From the NCBI GenBank assembly GCA_963806185.1, contig CAWDXE010000004.1, forward strand, positions 192,001 to 256,000: a stretch of 64,000 bases of DNA, written 5' to 3'. The first letter of the stretch is position 1; each line of letters opens with the position of its first letter. The DNA is from an uncultured candidate division Zixibacteria bacterium (GTDB lineage Bacteria > Zixibacteria > MSB-5A5 > GN15 > FEB-12). A model generated the notes under the pieces. The model was not told the DNA's origin. It saw only the letters and a list, made by a program, of their open reading frames with translations, and made no database searches. The position numbers and the translations under genes are program-made. Below are positions 9,465 to 18,250 of the stretch, piece by piece.

Positions 9465-10243
9465 TACTTTTCCTCCCGATCCCACGCGGACAGCTTGCCC
9501 ATCGTGACCGCCAATTCGTCGCGGTGCGTGTCATCACCCAATTCGTAATATTCAGCCGGAATCTGGCGATTCTTGGTGAGGTACTCGGCGAAATCTCTGG
9601 TAATTGTCGGGCGACCGGTTTTCTTGCAGCCCAAGAGCTCAAATTCTTTGCCCCAGATTTTCCGTTTCTTCCCCTTATCCTCGTACTTGATGTAGTTGGT
9701 AGGGCAGATTTCCGCACACGCAATACAACCCACACACGAGGGGGGCGGCTCGAATAGGGGAGGAGCGACTTCCCGGCCATGCCCACGGCCGACCATAGAA
9801 ATGGCATGAAAGCCCATTTGGTCGCAGATGCGTGTACACAGGCCGCACAGGATACAGTCATTGCCGTCCGGCACGGTTTCGAAACTCGTCTGGTCAATGC
9901 CGTGGTCGGCCGCCATCTTGCGAATCAGTTCGGCGTTGGGGCAACGGGCGAGAAAGAGATCAAGGATGGTCCGGCGAAGTTCAATCACTTCGGGCGAGTG
10001 GGTCGAAACGATGAGACCCTCTTCGGCCGGGTAGAGACAGGACGTTACATGGTTCTTCCAGCCGTTCCAGTCTTTCCGGGTGATCTCAACCGTGCACAAC
10101 CGACACCCGCCGTACGGCTCAACCGCGTCGTGGTGGCAGGTGGAAGGGATGTCGATGCCCATTCGCTTGATGACAGCCAGAAGCATCTCGCCATCTTTGG
10201 CCTGGACCATCTTACCATTTATTGTCAGTGTCACCATACGCAC
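9464..10243 (-). CDS. NuoG-N/HydA-N-like [2Fe-2S]/[4Fe-4S] subunit without a catalytic domain
   Basis: IPSTC...GGCRLCTVE...SC (Fer2), CILCGLCTRIC, CVGCIACAEICP; only 259 aa. Confidence 0.85.
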   Translation of the reverse strand: MRMVTLTINGKMVQAKDGEMLLAVIKRMGIDIPSTCHHDAVEPYGGCRLCTVEITRKDWNGWKNHVTSCLYPAEEGLIVSTHSPEVIELRRTILDLFLARCPNAELIRKMAADHGIDQTSFETVPDGNDCILCGLCTRICDQMGFHAISMVGRGHGREVAPPLFEPPPSCVGCIACAEICPTNYIKYEDKGKKRKIWGKEFELLGCKKTGRPTITRDFAEYLTKNRQIPAEYYELGDDTHRDELAVTMGKLSAWDREEK

Positions 10244-10245
10244 TC

Positions 10246-12099
10246 CTACCGCACGTCAATCGCTTCGTGTTTGCAGACGGTCACGCAGGCGCCACACTGA
10301 GTGCACTTGTCCTGGTGAATGACATGCATCGCTTTCTTCTCGCCGGTGATGGCGTGATAGGCGCAGGCCGATATGCAAGCCATGCACCCATTACATTTCT
10401 CATTGATCGTATACGTAATCAGCTCGCGGCAGACGCCGGCCGGGCATCGCTTCTCGCGGATGTGAGCCAGGTATTCATCCCGGAAATACTTGATCGTGCT
10501 CAGGAAGGGATTCGGACCCGATTTGCCGAGTCCGCAAAGCGAGCCGATGACGATGCTCTGCGAGAGCTTCTCCATCTTGTCCAGATCGGCTTCTTCGCCG
10601 CGCCCTTCGCTGATCTTAACCGCCAGGGCGTGGAGCTGGTACAGACCTTCGCGGCACGGCACACACTTCCCGCAGGATTCGGTGACGAGGAAGTGGAGGA
10701 AGTACTTCGCGACGTCGACCATGCAGGTGCGGTCGTCCATCACAATCATCCCGCCCGAGCCCATCATCGAGCCGTTCTCGGTCAGCGAGTCGAAATCGAC
10801 CGGCAGATCGAGCTTTTCGGTCGGCAGACAGCCGCCCGACGGGCCGCCGGTCTGGACCGCCTTGAAGGGACGATCCTCGAGTATCCCGCCACCAACATCG
10901 TAGATGATCTGGCGAAGCGTGGTCCCCATAGCCACCTCAATCAGGCCGGTGTTTTTCACCTTACCGACGAGCGAGAAGGCTTTCGTGCCGGTGCTCCGTT
11001 TTGTGCCGATCGACTTGTACCAGCTTGCACCTTTGGATATAATGAGCGGCACGTTGACGTAGGTCTCGACGTTGTTGAGGACGGTCGGCTGGTCCCAGAG
11101 ACCCTTGACGACCGAGCGGATATATTTTGCGCGCGGTTCGCCGACTTCGCCGGCGACCGAGCGCATCAGAGCCGACGATTCGCCGCACACGAATGCCCCA
11201 GCCCCGCGGGCAATCCTGATGTCAAACGAAAAGCCGGTTCCCAGAATATTCTCGCCCAGCAGTCCCGCCTCGCGGCACTGCTCAATAGCTTTTTGCAGAT
11301 TGACCACCGCGAGCGGGTATTCCTCGCGGACGTATATGTATCCTTCCTTGCCGCCCACGGCGAAGGCACAGATCATCATCCCTTCGAGTACCGCGTGCGG
11401 ATCACCCTCCATAATGCTTCGATCCATAAACGCACCCGGGTCGCCTTCGTCGCCGTTGCAGACAACGTAATGGGTCTCGGAAGGCACGTCGCGACACGTC
11501 TTCCACTTCTTACCTGCGGGGAAGCCGCCGCCGCCGCGTCCGCGCAAGCCCGATTCGGTGATCTCGTCGATGATCTGTTTCGGGCTCATCGTCGTGATCG
11601 CTTTGGCCAAACCCTGGTAGCCGCCCGTACCGATATACTCACGTATATCCGCCGGTCGAATCTGACCTACATTGCGCAGGGCGATGCGGTGCTGGTGGCG
11701 GAAGAAGCCGATTTCCTGATACTTCTCGATCTTTTCGCCGTTAGTCGGATTCTTATAGAGCAATTTCTCGACAGGCTTGTTCTTTTCGATCGTTTCTTCG
11801 ATGATCGTCTCGACGTCTTTCGGTTTGACGTGCGTGTAGAACGTCCCTTCCGGGTCGATGATGACCAACGGTCCCTGTTCGCAGAAGCCGTGACAACCGG
11901 TCTCTTTGATATCTTCAACGGTGTAGCCATGGACGCCGCGATCGCGGATGATCTGCTTCAGGGCATCGCTCACCTGCTGGGCGCCGTTGGCCAGACAACC
12001 GGTGCCGCAGCAAACGCGAATAGTCTTGGGGCGCGCCGCCTGTTGGGCGAGCACTTCCTTCTGAATTTTTATCAGTTGCGAAGGTTCGGTAATGCGCAT
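10246..12099 (-). CDS. NuoF/HydB-like NADH- and FMN-binding subunit
   Basis: GLRGRGGGGFP, NGDEGDPGAFMDR, SCGKCVPCREG, N-terminal [2Fe-2S] Trx-like domain and C-terminal 2x[4Fe-4S]. Confidence 0.95.
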   Translation of the reverse strand: MRITEPSQLIKIQKEVLAQQAARPKTIRVCCGTGCLANGAQQVSDALKQIIRDRGVHGYTVEDIKETGCHGFCEQGPLVIIDPEGTFYTHVKPKDVETIIEETIEKNKPVEKLLYKNPTNGEKIEKYQEIGFFRHQHRIALRNVGQIRPADIREYIGTGGYQGLAKAITTMSPKQIIDEITESGLRGRGGGGFPAGKKWKTCRDVPSETHYVVCNGDEGDPGAFMDRSIMEGDPHAVLEGMMICAFAVGGKEGYIYVREEYPLAVVNLQKAIEQCREAGLLGENILGTGFSFDIRIARGAGAFVCGESSALMRSVAGEVGEPRAKYIRSVVKGLWDQPTVLNNVETYVNVPLIISKGASWYKSIGTKRSTGTKAFSLVGKVKNTGLIEVAMGTTLRQIIYDVGGGILEDRPFKAVQTGGPSGGCLPTEKLDLPVDFDSLTENGSMMGSGGMIVMDDRTCMVDVAKYFLHFLVTESCGKCVPCREGLYQLHALAVKISEGRGEEADLDKMEKLSQSIVIGSLCGLGKSGPNPFLSTIKYFRDEYLAHIREKRCPAGVCRELITYTINEKCNGCMACISACAYHAITGEKKAMHVIHQDKCTQCGACVTVCKHEAIDVR

Positions 12100-12554
12100 C
12101 AGGTCACCTTCAACAGCTTCTTAAGGGCGCTGACCTTAAACGAGCCGTGATACTTATCGTTAAGAATGACTACCGGTGCCATAGCGCAGGCACCGACGCA
12201 CCCGACCACTTCGAGCGTGAATTTCATGTCGGGCGTGGTTTGCCCCGCCTTGATGCTGAGCAGGACTTCGGCCTGATCTTCGAGGAGTTTCGCGCCGCGA
12301 ATGTGGCAGGCCGTGCCGACGCAGATGCGAACTACGTTTTCACCCTTTGGATTCAAGCTGAAGGCGTTGTAGAAGGTGGAAACCGAAAACACTTTCGAGA
12401 GCGGAACGTTTAACGTTTCGGCCACCTGGAACAGCGCTTCGCACGGCAGAAAACGGTAGGTCTTCTGAATATCCTGCAGAATCATGATGAGCGACTCCGG
12501 TTTGGCCGGATGCCGGGCGATGATTCCAGGGATGAGGGAGAGGTCGTGGCTCAT
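12099..12554 (-). CDS. NuoE/HydC-like [2Fe-2S] subunit
   Basis: ICVGTACHIRG and GCVGACAMAP. Confidence 0.95.
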   Translation of the reverse strand: MSHDLSLIPGIIARHPAKPESLIMILQDIQKTYRFLPCEALFQVAETLNVPLSKVFSVSTFYNAFSLNPKGENVVRICVGTACHIRGAKLLEDQAEVLLSIKAGQTTPDMKFTLEVVGCVGACAMAPVVILNDKYHGSFKVSALKKLLKVT

Positions 12555-13111
12555 GCCGGGCTCCCGGGCACAGGCGTCGTCACCAGTTGGTACCCCTTTT
12601 CGAGGACGGCCAGGTTGACGTCGAGAACAGTCTTCTTGTACCCCAGTTTATCGATCAGGGTTTTGCGTACGCTATCATACGAAACGACACCGGAGGCGGC
12701 GACAAATGCGCCGAGCATGGCGACGTTGGCCGCTTTCACGTTGCCGGCCTCAAGGGCCATCTGGTTGCAGGGAACGAGCAATTGCGTGATGTCGGTGCGA
12801 TCCGATTTGGTATTGATGAGTGAAGAATTCACCAGCAACAATCCGCCCGTCTTGACTTTGGGACCAAACTTATCCAGCGAAGGCCGGTTGAACACACAGG
12901 CGGATTGGGGATTGTTGATGATCGGTGAGCCAATGCGACTGTCGGAGATCACGACCGTGCAGTAGGCAGTTCCGCCCCTCATCTCCGGACCGTAAGATGG
13001 AATCCAAACCACGTTCTTGCCCTCTTTGATACCCGAGTAGGCGAGAAGCTGGCCGACCATCATTATTCCCTGCCCGCCGAAGCCCGCGAGGGTGACTTCA
13101 AACTGAGCCAT
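12551..13111 (-). CDS. 2-oxoacid:ferredoxin oxidoreductase gamma subunit
   Basis: AGFGGQG, PSYGPEMRGGTA, ANVAMLGA. Confidence 0.95.
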   Translation of the reverse strand: MAQFEVTLAGFGGQGIMMVGQLLAYSGIKEGKNVVWIPSYGPEMRGGTAYCTVVISDSRIGSPIINNPQSACVFNRPSLDKFGPKVKTGGLLLVNSSLINTKSDRTDITQLLVPCNQMALEAGNVKAANVAMLGAFVAASGVVSYDSVRKTLIDKLGYKKTVLDVNLAVLEKGYQLVTTPVPGSPA

Positions 13112-13881
13112 CAGTGTCCTCCTGACTGCTCGGGTGACTTGACGCAACCCAGCGGATAATAGGGAATCATATTGTCACCGAGCCACTGGGTAGCTTCACC
13201 GGGAGACTTTCCCCAGTTGGTCGGACAGGTCGAAAGGACCTCAACCATCGAATAACAGGTATTGTCGATCTGGTACTGAAACGCGCGGCGAATCGCTTTC
13301 TTAGCCTTCAGGATGTGCATAGGCGAGTGAACGGATACCCGCTCAAGATAGGCAGGGGTAACCAGTCCGGACAGCAGTTCCACTACACGAATGGGGTACC
13401 CGGCCTTGCCGACATCACGGCCCGCGGGGCACGTCGTCGCCATCTGGCCTGGTAAGGTCGTCGGAGCCATTTGACCGCCGGTCATTCCGTAGATGGCGTT
13501 GTTCACGAAGATGGTCGTGAACTTCTCGCCACGGTTGACGGCGTGGACGATTTCTCCCATACCGATCGAGGCCAGGTCGCCGTCGCCTTGATAGGTGAAG
13601 ACGATCATGTCGGGGCGGATGCGTTTGAAGCCGGTCGCCAAGGCGGGAGCGCGGCCATGCGGCGCCTCCAGAAAATCAGTGTTGAAATAATTGTACGCGA
13701 GCACGGAACAGCCCACCGGCGCAACGCCAACAGTTCGCTCGCGCACCCCCAGTTCGTCGAGCACCTCGGCCACGAGACGGTGAATAATACCGTGCGTGCA
13801 GCCGGGGCAATAGTGCGTGACAACGTCGGTCAACGAATCGGGGCGTGCGAAAATAGTCCTGGTATCGTTCATATCGCTCAC
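13111..13881 (-). CDS. 2-oxoacid:ferredoxin oxidoreductase beta (TPP-binding) subunit
   Basis: YCPGCTHG, QGDGDLASIG, NNAIYGMTGGQ. Confidence 0.95.
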   Translation of the reverse strand: MSDMNDTRTIFARPDSLTDVVTHYCPGCTHGIIHRLVAEVLDELGVRERTVGVAPVGCSVLAYNYFNTDFLEAPHGRAPALATGFKRIRPDMIVFTYQGDGDLASIGMGEIVHAVNRGEKFTTIFVNNAIYGMTGGQMAPTTLPGQMATTCPAGRDVGKAGYPIRVVELLSGLVTPAYLERVSVHSPMHILKAKKAIRRAFQYQIDNTCYSMVEVLSTCPTNWGKSPGEATQWLGDNMIPYYPLGCVKSPEQSGGH

Positions 13882-14972
13882 CCTTTCGTCGCGGCCGTCT
13901 TCTTCGCGGACGGGCCGAGCAGTTTCTTGACCTGTTCTTTGACTTCGTCGGGTGACGGCACAATGCCGCCGGTGCGACCGAAGAAATCGATCGGCTTCTT
14001 ACCCTGGATGATCCGCTCGACATCCTCCACCATCTGTCCCATGCTCATTTCAATCGTGAGCACACGTTCGATATTCTTGCGGTAGGCCTCTTCGCGAAGT
14101 TGCGCTTCGCCAAAGGGAAAGAGGGTGATCGGACGGAACAGGCCGACCGAGATGCCCTCGCCTTCCAGCTCGTCGATAGCGGTCTGACAGATGCGAGCCA
14201 TCGTACCGTAGGCCACCAGCAGGATGCGATTTTTCGGATTGACCTTGTACAGCTCGTAGCGAACCTCATCCCGTTTGATGAGGTCGTATTTGGCGAAGAG
14301 TTCGATGTTGTTCTTTTCGAGCAGGATTGGGTCGAGAAAGAGCGATTTGACAATGAGCGGCGGTCGACCCTTCGCGCCCGTGGCTGCCCAGTCCTTGGGC
14401 GGCAGGGGCGGTTCTTCGATTTTGTCAGGGAACTCAACCGGTTCCATCATCTGGCCGATCATACCGTCGCCAATAATCATGACCGGATTGCGGTACTTGT
14501 CGGCGAGATGGAAAGCGAGAATCGTGAGATCGACGGCTTCCTGAATGGTTGACGGCGCCAGCACGAGCAGGCGGTAATCACCGTGCCCGCCACCCTTGAC
14601 AGCCTGGAAGTAATCCGACTGCGCCGGCAGAATGCCGCCGAGGCCGGGACCGCCACGCATGATATTCAAAATCACCGCCGGCACCTGAGCGCCTGCCATG
14701 TACGAGATCGATTCCTGCATGAGACTAATGCCCGGGCTGGAGGATGTCGTAAACACTCGTCGGCCGGTGGAGGCTGCGCCAAACAACATATTTCCGACTG
14801 CCACTTCGCTTTCGGCCTGCAGGAACACACCGCCCACTTCCGGCATCCGGCGGGAAAGATATTCGCCAACTTCGTTCTGCGGCGTGATCGGATAGCAGAA
14901 GTAGTTGGTGGCGCCGGCGCGAATCGCCGCCTCGGCGATCGCTTCATTTCCTTTCATGAGAACTTTTGCCAT
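13878..14972 (-). CDS. vorB: 2-oxoacid:ferredoxin oxidoreductase alpha subunit (VorB-type)
   Basis: KGNEAIAEAA, YPITPQ, QAESE, TTSSSPG, RGGPGLG. Confidence 0.9.
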   Translation of the reverse strand: MAKVLMKGNEAIAEAAIRAGATNYFCYPITPQNEVGEYLSRRMPEVGGVFLQAESEVAVGNMLFGAASTGRRVFTTSSSPGISLMQESISYMAGAQVPAVILNIMRGGPGLGGILPAQSDYFQAVKGGGHGDYRLLVLAPSTIQEAVDLTILAFHLADKYRNPVMIIGDGMIGQMMEPVEFPDKIEEPPLPPKDWAATGAKGRPPLIVKSLFLDPILLEKNNIELFAKYDLIKRDEVRYELYKVNPKNRILLVAYGTMARICQTAIDELEGEGISVGLFRPITLFPFGEAQLREEAYRKNIERVLTIEMSMGQMVEDVERIIQGKKPIDFFGRTGGIVPSPDEVKEQVKKLLGPSAKKTAATKG

Positions 14973-14990
14973 AACTCCTCACCGTCGCCG

Positions 14991-15224
14991 CTAATACTCA
15001 AACAGCACGTATTGCATGCCGTTGGTGTGAACCTCGATCGCCGCATCGGGGCAGGTAATGGCACAGATTCGGCAGCCGATACACCGCGACGGATCGTGCA
15101 CCTTGGCGTAGAAATAGCCGCGCAGTGTGATGTCCTTGGACATCGACAATATTTTCTGCGGGCAGGCGCGGACGCACAGTTCACACCCTTTGCAGTGGTT
15201 TTTGTCTATCGTGACACCGGGCAT
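14991..15224 (-). CDS. 2-oxoacid:ferredoxin oxidoreductase delta subunit (2x[4Fe-4S])
   Basis: CKGCELCVRACP and CIGCRICAITCP. Confidence 0.95.
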   Translation of the reverse strand: MPGVTIDKNHCKGCELCVRACPQKILSMSKDITLRGYFYAKVHDPSRCIGCRICAITCPDAAIEVHTNGMQYVLFEY

Positions 15225-15228
15225 CGGG

Positions 15229-15990
15229 TCATCTCCTTCGTAATCGTTCCATCCGGCTTTCGGTCATCCGCTCCCACGGTTTGAGCAGCGATCGTTCCAA
15301 TCGAAGCACCGGCACGCCCACCTCCTCGACCGTCAACTGATCAAGCATCTCGCCGACCGCGCTGAGAAAGAGGATGGGCAGGTGGGTACTCTCACTGACC
15401 TGGCGCGTCACCTCAAGACCCTCGCGCACAATGTCAGCCGTGGTATCAGCCATCAGATGGGTATTGGCAATCAGCCCCGTCATCGACATGCGCGAGGCCT
15501 CTTCAATTTCACGGATAATTCGTATCGATCCCGCCCGATCGGCGGTAAACGGACGACGGGCGTTGAGCACCATCGCCAACTCATACGTGTTCGGCGCAAA
15601 GGCGTCCCGCAGCGACGAAAGGACACGCGCGCCCATGTCGTCACCGCCGACGTCGAGTATCAGCCAGCCGCTGTTGCGCTCGATCGCCGTTCGGATCTCA
15701 GGCAGGATAATGGGCAGGTCCGCGTAGGCTTGAGCCCCCGGTGGGACCAGCGATTTTACGCCGAAGGTTTCCAACTCAGCGGCAGCCTCGCGGGACCGGA
15801 AGTAGGGGTTGATAATGTCGAGATCGGCGATCGCTACCGGGTCAGTCTCGACCGAGGAAAGTCGCCGGGCGAGATTAACCGCCACCTCCGACTTCCCTGA
15901 GCCGAAGCCCCCTACAATAGTAATGATACGTTTTGTGAATACGGGGGTGGGAAAGACCGGAGCGATCACTGTCGTACCTATGGCGTACAT
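15229..15990 (-). CDS. P-loop NTPase (CobQ/MinD/CooC-like) heading the OFOR operon
   Basis: IVGGFGSGKSE Walker A, ADLDIINPYFRSRE, ILDVGGD. Confidence 0.75.
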   Translation of the reverse strand: MYAIGTTVIAPVFPTPVFTKRIITIVGGFGSGKSEVAVNLARRLSSVETDPVAIADLDIINPYFRSREAAAELETFGVKSLVPPGAQAYADLPIILPEIRTAIERNSGWLILDVGGDDMGARVLSSLRDAFAPNTYELAMVLNARRPFTADRAGSIRIIREIEEASRMSMTGLIANTHLMADTTADIVREGLEVTRQVSESTHLPILFLSAVGEMLDQLTVEEVGVPVLRLERSLLKPWERMTESRMERLRRR

Positions 15991-16116
15991 GCTAACCGTT
16001 TTGCTTTCGGCGACTTACTCGCGGATAATGACAACTGGCGAAAAAGCGGCCTAAAAGCGGTTTCTTTTCGTCCTTATTAATAATGTCGCCAAGTTTGTCG
16101 GCCAAGTCAAGGGCAA

Positions 16117-16134
16117 TTGTGAAAAAAATAACGA
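16117..16134. promoter_or_regulatory. Putative Rex-like operator
   Basis: TTGTGAAAAAAATAACGA versus Rex consensus TTGTGAA-N4-TTCACAA, in the AT-rich divergent region upstream of the redox operon. Confidence 0.45.
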
Positions 16135-16145
16135 TGATAAAGGCG

Positions 16146-16175
16146 TTGACAAGTCTCCGATTGGACAAGTATACT
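16146..16175 (+). promoter_or_regulatory. sigma70-type promoter
   Basis: TTGACA-N18-TATACT upstream of the lipoprotein gene. Confidence 0.6.
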
Positions 16176-16231
16176 CTTACGAGGTAATTACTTAGACGAA
16201 TCACTCGGAAAAGACAAAATATGGTTTGCGT

Positions 16232-17152
16232 ATGATGACACTGGCTAAATCGCATGCTCGAGGGGGATTACTGTCTCCGACCCTTTTGAAACTGGCACTC
16301 GTTTCGACAGTCGTAGCGCTGACTGTCGTTCTCGCCGGTTGCGGCAAAAAAGAGACAACTCAGACCCAAGCTCCGGGGACGGATTCCACAGTCATCGGCA
16401 CGAGCGACGGAGCCGGATCGACCGGCCCCGGCTCTGCTGGCACGTCGGAGCGATCCGGTTACCAGGATTGGGAATCGTATACGTTTGAAACCGTGAAGAT
16501 GATTTATCCACCCTACCATCCGCTCAAGCCTCAGATTCCGAGTAATGTCGAGGCATTCGCGAGAGCGCTCAAATCGGCAACTCAGAAATTGGGCATGGCA
16601 CCGGTTACAGACTCACTGGTCATCATCTACTATACCGGCTTCGGACAGGGGCGGGAGCTGACCGGACACGAGTATCCGTACGCCGAATCCGACACCGTTC
16701 ACCTTTGGCTACCCAGCTTCCCGGGTCCGCCGCTTATGCAGTGGCTACTGCCGAAGTGGTCGCCGGTGGTACCGAGGTATCCGTTCCTTCGGCACGGCCT
16801 GATCGCCATGTTCGATCTGTCCGGTCAGAACTATCATCAGGCAACCCATCTATTGCTCGATTCCAACCAGTTCATTTCGCTTCGCCGACTCGTTGTTGAT
16901 ACAGCCGTCAACAGCAATACGGAACGGCTCCAATCGGCCGAAGCAGCCTCCTTCGTGGCGTTTCTTTTGGCGTACAAGGGCCCCAACGAACTCAAACAGA
17001 TGTACGAATCCGATCTCCCGTTTGACAGTCTGATGCGTGTCGAATTTGGCACCGCTGTGGATACGGTGCAGGCGATCTGGCTGACCTTCGCAAAGAAGAA
17101 TGTCCCCGCCGAGCTTACGGCGAAGGGGGGGACGAAGAAGAGCACTCCTTAA
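16232..17152 (+). CDS. Lipoprotein, degenerate gluzincin/peptidase MA-like fold
   Basis: Lipobox LAGC, T/S/G-rich linker, FLRHGL and AASFVAFLL...G motifs; no HExxH. Confidence 0.55.
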   Translation: MMTLAKSHARGGLLSPTLLKLALVSTVVALTVVLAGCGKKETTQTQAPGTDSTVIGTSDGAGSTGPGSAGTSERSGYQDWESYTFETVKMIYPPYHPLKPQIPSNVEAFARALKSATQKLGMAPVTDSLVIIYYTGFGQGRELTGHEYPYAESDTVHLWLPSFPGPPLMQWLLPKWSPVVPRYPFLRHGLIAMFDLSGQNYHQATHLLLDSNQFISLRRLVVDTAVNSNTERLQSAEAASFVAFLLAYKGPNELKQMYESDLPFDSLMRVEFGTAVDTVQAIWLTFAKKNVPAELTAKGGTKKSTP

Positions 17153-17172
17153 TCTACTCATAGAGGTTTAGT

Positions 17173-17937
17173 ATGGCAGACCAACCGTGGAAAACCGCGA
17201 TCACCGATATCGGCCCCGGTAAGATTCGGGTGCGCGGATACGCCATTGGCGATATCATGGAGAATCTCTCGTACGCCGAGGCGGTGTACCTGATCCTGAA
17301 AGGTCAACTCCCGACCAAAGCCGAGGCGGCGCTCATGAACGCCATCCTCGTGTCTTCAATAGATCATGGTGCGTCGCCGCCCTCGGTGCTTGGCACGCGG
17401 ACTGTGCTCTCCGGAGGCAATTCACTCAATGCGGCGATCGCCGGCGGTGTGCTGGTGATCGGTGACTCGCACGGCGGCGCCATCGAACAGGCGGCGAAGC
17501 ATTTCCAGGACTGGGCGAAGAAAGAGGGCGACGTGGCCGGGCTGGCCGATCAGATGGTCGACTGGATGAAAGAGAAGAGGATTCGTATGCCCGGGTTTGG
17601 ACACCGATTGCATAATGTCGATCCGCGCACGGGGAAGCTGTTTGAGATCGCGGCGCGCAACGGTTACAGTGGGCGGCACATTGAATTGTGCAAGGCGCTG
17701 GAGAAGGCGCTCGCGGCCAAGACGGGGAAGCCGCTCCCCATTAATGTAGACGGGGCGATTGCGGCCGTGATTAGCGATATGGGGTTTGACTGGCGGTTGG
17801 GAAAGGGGTTCTTCATTATTTCGCGGGTACCGGGACTCTTGGCGCACGCGTATGAAGAGATGACGCGCGAGAAGCCGATGCGTCCGCTCGGTCCTCCGCC
17901 GTACGAGTACGACGGTCCGGGGGAGAGGGAGATGTAG
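17173..17937 (+). CDS. Citryl-CoA lyase (citrate synthase family)
   Basis: WKTAIT, IRVRGY, IDHG, HGGA, PGFGHR, NVDG; 254 aa. Confidence 0.85.
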   Translation: MADQPWKTAITDIGPGKIRVRGYAIGDIMENLSYAEAVYLILKGQLPTKAEAALMNAILVSSIDHGASPPSVLGTRTVLSGGNSLNAAIAGGVLVIGDSHGGAIEQAAKHFQDWAKKEGDVAGLADQMVDWMKEKRIRMPGFGHRLHNVDPRTGKLFEIAARNGYSGRHIELCKALEKALAAKTGKPLPINVDGAIAAVISDMGFDWRLGKGFFIISRVPGLLAHAYEEMTREKPMRPLGPPPYEYDGPGEREM

Positions 17938-17975
17938 GAAACAGGAGTCTACGACCGGCTTTGCTGGAGGAACTG

Positions 17976-18242
17976 ATGCAAGTCTTTGACGTAGTATTCT
18001 TCATTTTTTATCCGGTGTTAGGCAATCTAGTTTGGTTTGGATACATCTACCTGAATCTTAGGCGCCGACCCCGTTCGATGATGCCGTCAACCAATTGGTT
18101 AGGACAGTCCTTGGTTTCCATTTATTTCGATGATAAGGGCTTACCAAGAGCAGACATGAAGAGGAGAGTCGTGTACACCGTCCTGATTATTACGACGATC
18201 ACTTCTCTGCAACAATTGTCACCATTCATTTTCCGAAAGTAA
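17976..18242 (+). CDS. Small hypothetical membrane protein
   Basis: GGAGG upstream of ATG 17976; two hydrophobic stretches; AT-richer than the flanks. Confidence 0.45.
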   Translation: MQVFDVVFFIFYPVLGNLVWFGYIYLNLRRRPRSMMPSTNWLGQSLVSIYFDDKGLPRADMKRRVVYTVLIITTITSLQQLSPFIFRK

Positions 18243-18250
18243 TTCGTATT

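Noticed and set aside
10222..12150. 642-aa plus-strand ORF and similar long antisense ORFs (e.g. 19591-20502, 48932-49594)
   Set aside because: These are shadow frames opposite well-supported genes in GC-rich DNA, with no recognisable motifs.
9030..12554. Respiratory complex I or a hydrogenase
   Set aside because: There are no membrane nuo genes, H-cluster motifs or NiFe large subunit.
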